This document shows, piece by piece, positions 1-9,621 of a stretch of DNA of 23,200 nucleotides. Under the pieces are notes generated by a model that was not told the DNA's origin, did no database searches, and worked only from the letters and a program-made list of their open reading frames with translations. The stretch's first letter is position 1. Every line of letters starts with the position of its first letter. Made by a program: the position numbers and the translations under genes. Location of the stretch: contig NW_021836997.1 of assembly GCF_006345805.1 (NCBI RefSeq), positions 1 to 23,200 of the forward strand, written 5' to 3'. Source of the stretch: Octopus sinensis. Taxonomy: Eukaryota.

Positions 1-90
1 ATCGCTCTACGTCACAGTACAGATTCATACTGAACCCTTTTGTATTGCAGCAAACACATGCAATGTATGTATATATAAATATATATAAAG

Positions 91-578
91 TCAAACCCAA
101 AGGCCCTCTTTCATTATGCCAAAGAAACAGCTTCAGTACGCTGCAAAATAGAACCCCTCTTCCAAAAGGATGGCTCCCTCACAGATAGTTCAACTAGGAT
201 CAGTGAGGTACTGAATGACCAGTTCAAAAGTGTCTTTACCACCCTGTTGGAACACAGACAAGTGAACGAAGCAGTGGATTTCCACCCTGTTGGAACAGAG
301 ACAAGTGAACGAAGCAGTGGATTTCTTTACCTATAACCATCGAGGCCGTTACGATGGAATACATCGACATTAGCGAAGAAGATTTACTACTAGCCATAAA
401 TGAGGTGGACGCAAACTCAATTGCTGATCCTGATGGTTTCTCAGCAATCCTCCTCAAATCGTGTAAGCGTGCCCTGGCGAAACCACTACAGATTCTCTTC
501 CAGAGCTTTCTTGCAAATGGCAGGCTGCCAAGCAAACTGAAGGAGGGAATAATATGCCGAATCCATAAAGGAGGAAGC
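91..578 (+). mobile_element. Decayed CR1/Jockey-group LINE ORF2 fragment (linker and pre-RT region)
   Basis: Frame from 91 reads SNPKALFHYAKETASVRCKIEPLFQKDGSLTDSSTRISEVLNDQFKSVFT. After frameshifts, ORF 354 reads ISEEDLLLAINEVDANSIADPDGFSAILLKSCKRALAKPLQILFQSFLANGRLPSKLKEGIICRIHKGG. These match the NPKxFWxY, FxSVFT, (G)PDG and LAxPLxxLF motifs upstream of LINE RT. The fragment ends in a microsatellite. Confidence 0.88.
240..325 (+). repeat. 43-bp tandem duplication inside the LINE fragment
   Basis: caccctgttggaaca(c/g)agacaagtgaacgaagcagtggatttc at 240-282 and 283-325, one mismatch; disrupts the reading frame. Confidence 0.95.
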
Positions 579-630
579 ATATATAGATATAGATATAGAT
601 ATAGATATAGATATATAGATATAGATATAC
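579..630. repeat. (GATATA)n microsatellite
   Basis: Directly visible tandem atagat/gatata units. Confidence 0.95.
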
Positions 631-737
631 TTTCACGTTCTCGTTCGTCGGACAGTTTTGTTAAGAAATGTCCGACGAACGGGAACGTGAAATTCTGAGT
701 AACAGCTTTTGTTATATTTCTGCTGCTTTTAAATAAA
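631..737 (+). ncRNA. Candidate type I hammerhead-like motif within a palindrome (possible Penelope-like element end)
   Basis: Core CCGACGA at 672-678; stem II ACG-GGAA-CGT at 679-688; GAAA at 689-692; short stem III ATTC-T-GAGT at 692-700; GUA triplet at 699-701; stem I 3' strand ACAGCTTTTGTT at 702-713; AATAAA at 732-737. Inverted arms 631-654 and 669-692 match at 23/24. Confidence 0.5.
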
Positions 738-738
738 G

Positions 739-739
<1 letters not shown>

Positions 740-771
<32 letters not shown>

Positions 772-1671
772 GTACATGTACATAGTAGAGTATATGTGCT
801 CATGCAAAATCAGCAAAGAACTCACACATCTAATAACACATAAAAGAAAACACATACACACTTATAAGACACACATACACACACACACGCACACACGCAC
901 AGACAACATACGCACGTGCGAACTGACGCACACACACACACACCGCCAACACATGCGCGCGAACACACGCACGCAAAAACACACACACACATACACGCAT
1001 GCACACATACATATATAGCCTTTCCTATCTAATTGCACGCGCAATTATCGATAAGGGGCTTCGAGCAGAAACTGAGAAAGGAATTCCTTGAAAGCAAAAA
1101 GTTGTTGGTTAGTTTTAGCAGATGTCGTTAGAGATGTGATTCTTGCTTTCACCGTCAAAATCTTTGATAACCTTTCGTTTATCTAAACAGAGTTCAAGCG
1201 GGATCAGAAAACCGTAGGTGGAGGGTGACGGAAGGGCTTCTCGGATCAAATTTCAGAAGTCATTTTTAGGCCCATTTTAGGATTTACTATTTGGGGTATT
1301 TTTAGTGAGGGGGGGGGTCACAATTTCCTTTTTTTACTAATGATTCCATGACCTGATTTATCTTTCCATAGCCACGATTCTAAGTACATATATATACATA
1401 TATACATATATATACATATACATATATATACATATATACATATATATACATATATACACATATATACATTACATATATATATATATATATATATATATTA
1501 CGTTCTTGTCCCAGTTTGTAATTTTTTACATATAATATACTATATATAGATATATATATATTATATACTATACATACATACATACATACATACATTTATT
1601 AATAGAAAGCTAGATAGATAGATAAACATATATGTATACACACACACATAATATATATTATATATATATAT

Positions 1672-1702
<31 letters not shown>

Positions 1703-2434
1703 CCACACGTACATGTACATAGTAGAGTATATGTGCTCATGCAAAATCAGCAAAGAACTCACACATCTAATAACACATAAAAGAAAACACATACACACTT
1801 ATAAGACACACATACACACACACACCACGCACACACGCACAGACAACATACGCACGTGCGAACTGACGCACACACACACACACACCGCCAACACATGCGC
1901 GCGAACACACGCACGCAAAAACACACACACACACACACACGCATGCACACATACATACATAGCCTTTCCTATCTAATTGCACGCGCAATTATCGATAAGG
2001 GGCTTCGAGCAGAAACTGAGAAAGGAATTCCTTGAAAGCAAAATTGTTGGTTAGTTTTAGCAGATGTCGTTAGAGATGTGATTCTTGCTTTCACCGTCAA
2101 AATCTTTGATAACCTTTCGTTTATCTAAACAGAGTTCAAGCGGGATCAGAAAACCGTAGGTGGAGGGTGACGGAAGGGCTTCTCGGATCAAATTTCAGAA
2201 GTCATTTTTAGGCCCATTTTAGGATTTACTATTTGGGGTATTTTTAGTGAGGTGGGGTCACAATTCCCTTTTTTACTAATGATTCCATGACCTGATTTAT
2301 CTTTCCATAGCCACGATTCTAAGTACATATATATACATATATACATATATATACATATATACATATATATACATATATACATATATATACATATATACAT
2401 ATATATACATATATACATATATATACATATATAC

Positions 2435-2468
<34 letters not shown>

Positions 2469-2496
2469 TACGTTCTTGTCCCAGTTTGTAATTTTC

Positions 2497-2539
<43 letters not shown>

Positions 2540-2605
2540 ACATACATACATACATACATACATTTATTAATAGAAAGCTAGATAGATAGATAAACATATA
2601 TGTAT

Positions 2606-2636
<31 letters not shown>

Positions 2637-2640
2637 CATG
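740..2640. repeat. Near-identical tandem duplication, unit ~0.94-0.97 kb, two copies
   Basis: cgtacatgtacatagtagag starts at 771 and 1708; taaacatatatgtatacac at 1623 and 2591. The unique parts differ by only a handful of substitutions/indels; most length difference is in the microsatellites. Junctions lie in (TA)n/(CA)n. Confidence 0.97.
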
Positions 2641-2738
2641 AATATACACACGTATTTGTAAGTTTGTATGTAGTATGCATTGCGTATGTATATAAATGCC
2701 TAAGGCTGTGTATGTACAAATGTATGTGTATATGTATT

Positions 2739-2894
2739 AGGCGCAGAAGTGGCTGTGTGATTGGCTTCCCAGCAACATGGTACCCGATTCAGTCCCACAG
2801 CGTGGCACCTTCGGCAAGTGTCTTCTACTATAGCCACGGGTCGACCAAAGCCTTATGCGTAAATTTATTAGACGGAAACTGAAAGAACCCCATA

Positions 2895-2895
<1 letters not shown>
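2739..2895 (+). mobile_element. SINE family A (tRNA head plus CORE-like segment), 5' half
   Basis: aggcgcagaagtggctgtgtg...ttcagtcccacagcgtggcaccttcggcaagtgtcttctactatagcc...gacggaaactgaaagaa, homologous to other copies in the window; runs into (TG)n. Confidence 0.9.
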
Positions 2896-2949
<54 letters not shown>

Positions 2950-2969
2950 TGTTTGTACGTGCGTATCAA

Positions 2970-4120
2970 CACACTGTTGTATATTGCCTCAAACTCTTAT
3001 AGGTGCGTGGTACCTTCAGGGTTTATCTGTGAGACATTTGTATCAGCTGCACAGCTTGTGAGGGCGACGCTCTGTGTGGCTGAGGGCATATCTAAGAGAG
3101 TCACTATGAACAGGAGAGGCTCCCAAAACAGTGCCCTGCGGTACGCTTGCTATTTATATTTCTCAGGAGGTAGCACCCGTTAGCTACTATGGCCTGACTT
3201 CTATCCTTCAGAAAGCCATGTATATGGTCTCCTAGTTTTCCGACAATGTCGTGATACCGCAGGGAGCCGTGTTTTTGGAAAGCTGGCTCTACCTTATAAT
3301 GCAATAAGACCATTTTTTAGCAAATTTAAAGAATACTTTGGGATTTATTTTCTATTTTCTATAACCTAGTCTTCTTTATCATGTTCTCTCTTTTTCAAGA
3401 GTGCGTTGCATGTTTTTCTCAATCTCCGTTTGTGCTATTTTCAGGCGGGATTTTTCACCGCTTTTGAGCTGTTTGTTAAGGTGGTTTAACAATCTTTGTA
3501 AGCTGTCTTGCAAGAACTTTTCTTTGCGGAATTTAGTCGTTGCGCACAGTAGCCTTTCTCTCTGAAACAAATTTGTAGCATAAGACTTGCACTAAGGACA
3601 CGAATTGTTTCAGTTTCATGCCGATGTCCGGTATGGAGAGACATTTAGACCAATCTCGTTTGAGGATCTCTTTCTGAATTTCCAGTTTGGTTTATGAATT
3701 TCCAGATAGGATGAGTTTGGGGTGTAGAATATAGGGCGCATGTCTGCAACTTCCTTCGGTCCATAGATGAACAGCTCTATCATATTGTGATCCGAGATTA
3801 GCAACGATGTCACTCGTATTATGGATGACATCCATGTTATTTGCGAAGCAGTGATCCAGTATAGCGTTTAGTCTGATTGTTTGGAGTACTACTTGTTCGT
3901 TCTATATCTTGTTCAGTTTCTGTACGGACTCCAACTGTCCTCGTTTGCACCGCGTCGTTCCTGAGAAAGTAACCAAATCGGGCCATCCGACGATGGTAAT
4001 TTCAAATCTCGCATATGAAGTACCCTGATATTGTTCTAATTTGGTTAGAACTTCCATTTTTGCGAGGAAGTCTTCACATTAGCCCGTGTAATTCGGAGCA
4101 TCTGCTAGGCGGTAAGTAGC
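2970..4120 (-). mobile_element. Decayed CR1-like LINE ORF2: APE C-terminal half, linker, internal deletion, partial RT
   Basis: Minus-strand translation with frameshifts gives TYRLAD (YRPP-like), EQVV..IRLNAILDHCF, ISDHNMI (APE SDH motif), NPKVFFKFAKK, GKLGDHIHGFLKDRSQAIVANG, SVPQGTVLG..LF and CAADT (YADD-like). Confidence 0.9.
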
Positions 4121-4121
4121 T

Positions 4122-4347
4122 CGAGCTGGCAGAATCGTTAGCGCGCCGGGCGAAATGCTTAGCGGTATTTCGTCTGTCGTTACGTTCTGAGTTCAAATTC
4201 CGCCGAGGTCAACTTTGCCTTTCATCCTTTCGGGGTCGATAAATAAAGTACCAGTTTCGCACTGGGGGCGATATAATCGACTCAATCCCTTGGTCTGTCC
4301 TTGTTTGTCCCCTCTATGTGTAGCCTCTTGTGGGCAGTAAAGAAATA
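4122..4347 (+). mobile_element. SINE family B (tRNA-derived)
   Basis: A-box-like tggcagaatcgttag, B-box gagttcaaattcc, body gcctttcatcctttcggggtcgataaa, tail gtgggcagtaaagaaata; homologous to 13095, 14193 and 22847 copies. Confidence 0.93.
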
Positions 4348-4747
4348 TATATCACTTATACACACATTTAGACACATAAACAAAGTCTGTGTATGAGAGC
4401 AGTACAATAAAAGAAAGCCACCTGTTTAATATCTATATGTAAAGTCTCAATGATGTATTTGTAAATGAAATCTGGAAGCAAATGAAGATATTAGACACCA
4501 ATGTCGAATGTTTACTTTATCTTACAAGTGAAACTAGTAATATGCCGTAGAATAATACAGTTTCAAACAAATATAGTATTCCAGTTACATTTTATTGTCA
4601 GTTTTCACTTTAATTACAATTCTTTCATTTTCCCTTACTTACATTAAACGTCTTTTAGTCTGCCAACATGACCACGAACACAACCACATATGTGTGTGTG
4701 TGTGTACATGTCTGAGTGAATGTGTGTGTGTGTGTGTGTGTGTGTGT

Positions 4748-5190
4748 AGGCGCTGGAGTGGCTGCGTGGTAAGAAGCTTGCTTCCCAACCACATGGTTCC
4801 GGGTTCTGTCCCACTGCGTGGCCACCTAGGGCAAGTAGTCTTCTACTACAGCCTCGGGCCCACTAAAGCTTTGTGAGTGGATTTGCTAAACGGAAACTGA
4901 AAGAAACCCATCGTACATATGCATGTGTATGTATCGTGTGCGCGCGTGTGTATATGTTTGCGTGTCTGTGTTTGACCCTCCCCACGCCACCCACCTACCA
5001 TCGTTTGACCACCGATGCTGGTGTGTTTACACCCCCGTAACTTGACAGTTCGACAAAAGACACCGATAGAATAAGCACTAGGCTTACAAAGAATAAGGCC
5101 TGGTAATGACTTGTTCGACAAAAGGCGGTGCTCCAGCATGGTCGCAGTCAAATGACTGAAACAAGTAAAATACTAAAAGAATGAAAGAAT
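4748..5190 (+). mobile_element. SINE family A, full length
   Basis: tRNA-like head, CORE-like cctagggcaagtagtctt, internal TG tract, tail ctccagcatggtcgcagtcaaatgactgaaacaagtaaaa. Confidence 0.93.
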
Positions 5191-5368
5191 ATATTGTCAG
5201 CAGTCCATGTATGCGAAAGAGAAACATTCCAAAGCCTTGGGGCAGTAATATATTTGTTAGGAAGTTCAAAGAGCTGTTTGAGTCTGACGAATGGCCTGGG
5301 AGCTTCATCGGTTTGAAACCAATGATCGGCCATAACAATCAACTTACTAGAAAGACATGTTATGTATG

Positions 5369-5543
5369 ACGTAAAGTGTACTAGCCATCTGAATGTGGCT
5401 AGCCACTGGGGTGGGGTGTTACTGACGCTTTTAGCCCCAGGAGATCGACGTCTCCAGCTGGCCTTAGACCCTGGGGCTAAAAGCGTCAGTAACACCCCAC
5501 CCCCAGTGGCTAGCCACATTCAGATGGCTAGTACACTTTACGT
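5369..5543. repeat. Near-perfect inverted repeat (73/74-bp arms, 28-bp spacer); MITE/foldback-like
   Basis: 5369-5441 is the reverse complement of 5470-5543 except for a single G indel. No clear TSD. Confidence 0.95.
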
Positions 5544-5599
5544 TGTCGAGCGGTTACTGTTTATATCTCGTTCGGAGATTTATTAATGTTATGTATGGT

Positions 5600-5987
5600 T
5601 ATTTCTTTTATTTGTTTCTGTCATTTGAGCGCGGCCATGCTAGAGCATAGCTTTCAGTCGAACAAATCGGCCCCAGGACTTATTCTTTGTAAGCCTAGTA
5701 CTTATTCTATCGGTTTCTTTTGCCGAAATGCTAAGTTACGGGGACGTAAATACACCAGCATGATTGTCAAGCGATGGTGTGGGGACAAGCACAGACACCA
5801 AATAACAAACACACACACACATATATCTACGACGGGCTTCTTTCAGTTTCCTCTACCATATCCACTTACAAGACTTTGGTCGGCTCGAGGCTATAGTAGA
5901 GGACACTTGCCCAAAGTGTCATTCGGTGCCACTCGGAACCATGTGGTTGGGAAGCAAGCTTCTTACTACACAACCACTCCTGTGCTT
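5600..5987 (-). mobile_element. SINE family A
   Basis: Reverse complement of the 4748-5190 element: ...gacacttgcccaaag...aaccatgtggttgggaagcaagcttcttactacacaaccactcc. Confidence 0.92.
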
Positions 5988-6002
5988 GTATATGCCACAT
6001 CT

Positions 6003-6206
6003 ATTTTTTAATTATTATAAATCTTCCACCGAGAAGGGAGCCGGTTTCCAACAGAGATAAAAGACTTCAGGTTTGGGATGTAGTTAACACAGACAAATTC
6101 TCATTTGGAACTTGAGGAAAGTCTTGCATATCTTTACTGTTCCACTCACAGATTGCACTTATAATGAATGAATCAACCGGTCGATTTCTCTTTCTGAAAA
6201 TCCCAG
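6003..6206 (-). mobile_element. 3' end of an R4/Dong-like (REL endonuclease) non-LTR element, sister family of the adjacent copy
   Basis: Minus strand reads LGFSEREIDRLIHSL*VQSVSGTVKICKTFLKF, aligning with LDFSKPEGRKLIRRLQIQSITGTVKICKTFKKF of the neighbouring element; shared 3' UTR motif GAAACCGGYTC. Confidence 0.8.
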
Positions 6207-6816
6207 TTTGTATGTATGTCATCATTCAGCTTATTTCAAAATTTCTTGCCAATAGGGAAAGAACCGTTTTCTAACCTACATTCAAGGCGCTTTCAATGGA
6301 ACTTCAACATCAAGAACAGGGTAATTTTGTTTGTATGTATGTCATTATTCAACTTATTTCAAGATTTCTTGCCAATAGAGAACGAACCGGTTTCTAACCT
6401 AGATCCAAGGTTCCTCCATTGCAATTTCAACGTCAAAAACAGGGTATTTTTGTTTGTATGTATGTATGTATGTATGTATGTATGTGCAGATTTGTATGTT
6501 TTATGTATGTATTCTTATGCATGTAGTTACATATCTAGCCACGCTCATATATATTTAAATGATAAATTTCTTAAAAGTTTTACAGATTTTTACGGTTCCA
6601 GTAATGGATTGGATCTGTAGCCTTCGAATTAGCTTTCTCCCTTCTGGTTTTGAAAAGTCTAATTTCTCATGATTGTTATTTAGGCAGTGTGTTACATATC
6701 CCAGGGCCCCAATAATTACAGGTATAAAACCTGAACATGTAATCTGGATAGGGTAATTGCAGCTTTCCTAATAGTTCAGCATAGGTGTTCTCTTCTTCAC
6801 TGATCTTCAGTTTTAT
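6207..6816 (-). mobile_element. 5'-truncated R4/Dong-like element: REL C-terminus and 3' UTR with a duplicated terminal 123-bp unit
   Basis: IKLKISEEENTYAELLGKLQLPYPDYMFRF, then a frameshift, then IPVIIGALGYVTHCLNNNHEKLDFSKPEGRKLIRRLQIQSITGTVKICKTFKKFII* (stop 6555-6557). IPxxIGALG is typical of this group. 123-bp units at 6207-6329 and 6330-6452, about 85% identical. Confidence 0.85.
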
Positions 6817-6920
6817 GTATGTATGTATGTATGTATGTATGTATGTATGTATGTATGTATGTACGTATGTATGTATGTATGTATGTATGTATGTATGTAT
6901 GTATGTATGTATGTATGTAT
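6815..6920. repeat. (TATG)n / (CATA)n microsatellite
   Basis: Nearly pure tetranucleotide tract directly at the 5' truncation point of the R4-like element. Confidence 0.97.
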
Positions 6921-7059
6921 GCATGCTTGTATATTCACGGGATGTACAGTGGTGAGTTTCATCTACCGAAATTAAATGACGATCGACCTAAATATTTTTC
7001 TGCTTACATGCAGTTACCAAGTCACCATTTAACAAATTTCAATTCAGTAAAAAATTTAT

Positions 7060-7880
7060 GCGTATGTATGTGTGCCTGTGTGTGAATGAATGCATGTGTG
7101 CATGTATGTATGTGTGTGAGCATGTGTATGAGTGTAAGTCTGTGTGTGTTTGATATGTGTGTGTGCATATACGTGTATGGATGTGAGTGGCAGGTTGTGT
7201 GTGTATGTGTGCGTATGATCAGGAGCCGTGGTTTAGCCATGTTATCACGTCCCTTCAGATCTCAGCAAATGTAGACATGAAAAAAAAAGAAAGCTATTCT
7301 CTTTCATTTCGTTCAATCTCATGCATGTGCTTGGGTAGTTTGTATTTTATGACTTTAAGAGTGTGTAGGTGTATGGGTAGGCGGGTGGATATCAGGGTGG
7401 CTGCAAATGTGTGTGGTTGGCTGTGTGAATGCATAAGTGTGTGTGGATGTGCATGCGTGTACGCTCGTTTTTGCGTATGGCTGTGTATTCGTTTGTGCCT
7501 TATGGGTTTGTGTTTATGTGTGTATCTTCCGGGTGGAATATATATGCGCATATGGGGTAGATTTTGAGTGCATAAATGTGGGTACGCGTATGTGTGTGTG
7601 TGTGCGTATGTGTGTGTGTGTGTGTGCGTGTGTGTGTATGTGTGTGTGAACGTACCTGCGCAGTAAGTGCCTGCATGCTTGGCTATGTGCATAAATATGA
7701 ATGTGTAAGTGTGTGCGTGCGCGCAAGTGTATGTGTGCATCTGTGTGTGTGTTCTGAATTTGTTTGGGTGTATATGTCTAACTGTGGATGTGTTTGCCTG
7801 TGAGTATATGTAATTGAATTGTGTGTGTATGTAATTGTGCGTGTGTATTTGTGTATGTGTGTGTGTGTGTGTGTTGATTT
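7060..7880. repeat. Degenerate TG-rich low-complexity tract
   Basis: Interrupted (TG)n/(TGTA)n sequence; source of the CVCV/THTH ORFs. Confidence 0.9.
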
Positions 7881-7953
7881 TGTGTGTTAAGGACATGTAT
7901 ATCAACAGACAAGTTACATGAGCTGTGCTCCACACGTACAGATATTTTGAGCC

Positions 7954-8195
7954 TCACATTTTGAGCAACACACCAAAGTTAGGTTGCTCATTCGAGTAAT
8001 TTTCCATGTGTGAGAAATGTTATATTTAAATAACAGTGGTGATAGATATCCGCCCTTGCTCACTCTAACGCATTAAATAGCCCCAGGTCCCTTCAGGACG
8101 ATAGACAAGCAAGTAAGTTGACGAAGGTTATAACGAGAGGTCGTTGGATACTCTGACTTCATCTAAGGGGACTTAATTCTCATAACTTCCATAAA
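7954..8195. repeat. 242-bp direct repeat, copy 1 (copy 2 at 10073-10318)
   Basis: tcacattttg...gacttaattctcataa; about 14 substitutions and one 4-bp indel between copies (~94% identity); unrelated flanks. Confidence 0.95.
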
Positions 8196-8214
8196 CGATA
8201 CATAACACAACAAC

Positions 8215-8545
8215 ACAGTTTCTGGCGGAAGTCTGTGGGTCCATAATAAATATATTACACACATCAGAACAGGGCTTTTAAGAGTCTAAAAGTCATTAAT
8301 AACCATGATACGCACATTCGAGAACAATCAGTAGAGAGTATGTTACAGACATCGAGTCACTGTTGCTAAAAGTCTGTAAGTTTATAATAACCATGCTGTA
8401 CATATAAGAACCGTCAGTTGTGTGAGTCGAGGAGTCATTAATGACCATGTTGGGTACAGTTTCTGTGTGTCTATAATAACTATGCTACACACATCAGAAA
8501 ACGGTTTTTGAGAGTGTAGGAATCAGTAATGATATCATTACATCA
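8215..8545. repeat. Degenerate ~50-55 bp minisatellite
   Basis: Recurrent (c/t)ataataaccatg..acacacatcagaa..gagt motif, about six diverged units. Confidence 0.65.
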
Positions 8546-8554
8546 TTGTTAGTA

Positions 8555-8880
8555 GGAGCACTCCGTCAGTTACGACGACGAGGGTCCCCGCTGATATGAT
8601 CAACGGAACAGCCTGCTCGTGAAATTAACGTGCAAGTGGCTGAGCAATCCACAGACACGTGTACCCTTAACGTAGTTCTCGGGTAGATTCAGCGTGACAC
8701 AGAGTGTGACAAGGCCGGCCCTTTGAAATACAGGTACAACTCATTTTTGCCAGCTGAGTGGACTGGAGCAACGTGAAATAAAGTGTCTTGCTCAAGGACA
8801 CAACGCATCGCCGGGAATCGAACTCACGACCTTACAATCGTGAGCCGAATGCCCTAACCACTAAGCCATGCACCTTCACT
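8555..8880 (-). mobile_element. SINE family D (tRNA head, CORE-like middle) with 10-bp TSD
   Basis: Minus strand: tggcttagtggttaggg (A box), gagttcgattccc (B box), gtccttgagcaagacacttt. TSD attgttagta at 8545-8554 and 8881-8890. Confidence 0.92.
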
Positions 8881-9621
8881 ATTGTTAGTAATAACCTGCC
8901 AGGAACTAAGGAGCTGGATGCCGTGAATAAGCATGCTGGACGCATCAGCATACCGTTGTTGGAGGTCGGTGTCGGGCTGTATTGGCATTGCCAAACGAAA
9001 GAGCCGTAAAGTGAATACTGAGTTAATACTTTCTGTTCAAAGGAGCTGTAAAGGCAGAGATGGGGGAGGACAGATAAAGTGATAGAAAGAGCATATAGAG
9101 AGAGAGACAGACAGACAGACAGAGTGGACGGAGGGGAAGATAGAGATATAAAGAGATAGGAAGAAAGGCAGAAAGAGTGGAGAGAGGCGGGGAAAGAAAG
9201 ACATACGGACAGACTGAAGGGCAATAGTAACAAGAGCAAGTGTGGGAAGCTGCCTCATGGCACCACAAGTCCTACCAGCGCCTTAGAGCATCGAGGATGG
9301 TCGAGACACAAACCTCGTCTTCAGTCCCAAAAGCAAATAAACACGAGGCAGACAACCAGGAAGCAGAGGTCCCCACACACACACACACCTCACGCGCTTC
9401 GTCGTCTTGTGCTGAGCAGGAGACGATGGAGAGAGAAGAAGAAGAAGAGGAAAATTGGAGAAAGAAGCATTCAACAGAGAGAAATAGTAAAATGATCCCT
9501 GACAAAGAAACTCAAACCTTGGGGGGAAGATAAGAGCAATAAAACTGAGACGGTTCTCCTTTTCGTTTTGTTTTAAGCTTTGAGAATAACGAATTACAAA
9601 AAGATGCCCTATACAAAAATT

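Noticed and set aside
1030-1089. Cluster of short palindromes (TAATTGC-acgc-GCAATTA, TTATCGATAA, AAGGAATTCCTT), repeated in the second duplication copy
   Set aside because: Short, AT-rich and without supporting context; cannot be distinguished from chance.
6216-6620. 134-aa plus-strand ORF with a 41-aa internal repeat
   Set aside because: It is the antisense read-through of the duplicated 123-bp retroelement 3' UTR plus (TATG)n; the unit length being a multiple of 3 is likely chance.
6207-8545. CRISPR-like array
   Set aside because: The tandem units are degenerate throughout with no unique spacers, and the context is eukaryotic with no cas genes.
9240-9533. 97-aa ORF with an acidic stretch
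   Set aside because: Built from GA-rich and CA low-complexity sequence, with no recognisable domain or convincing splice sites.
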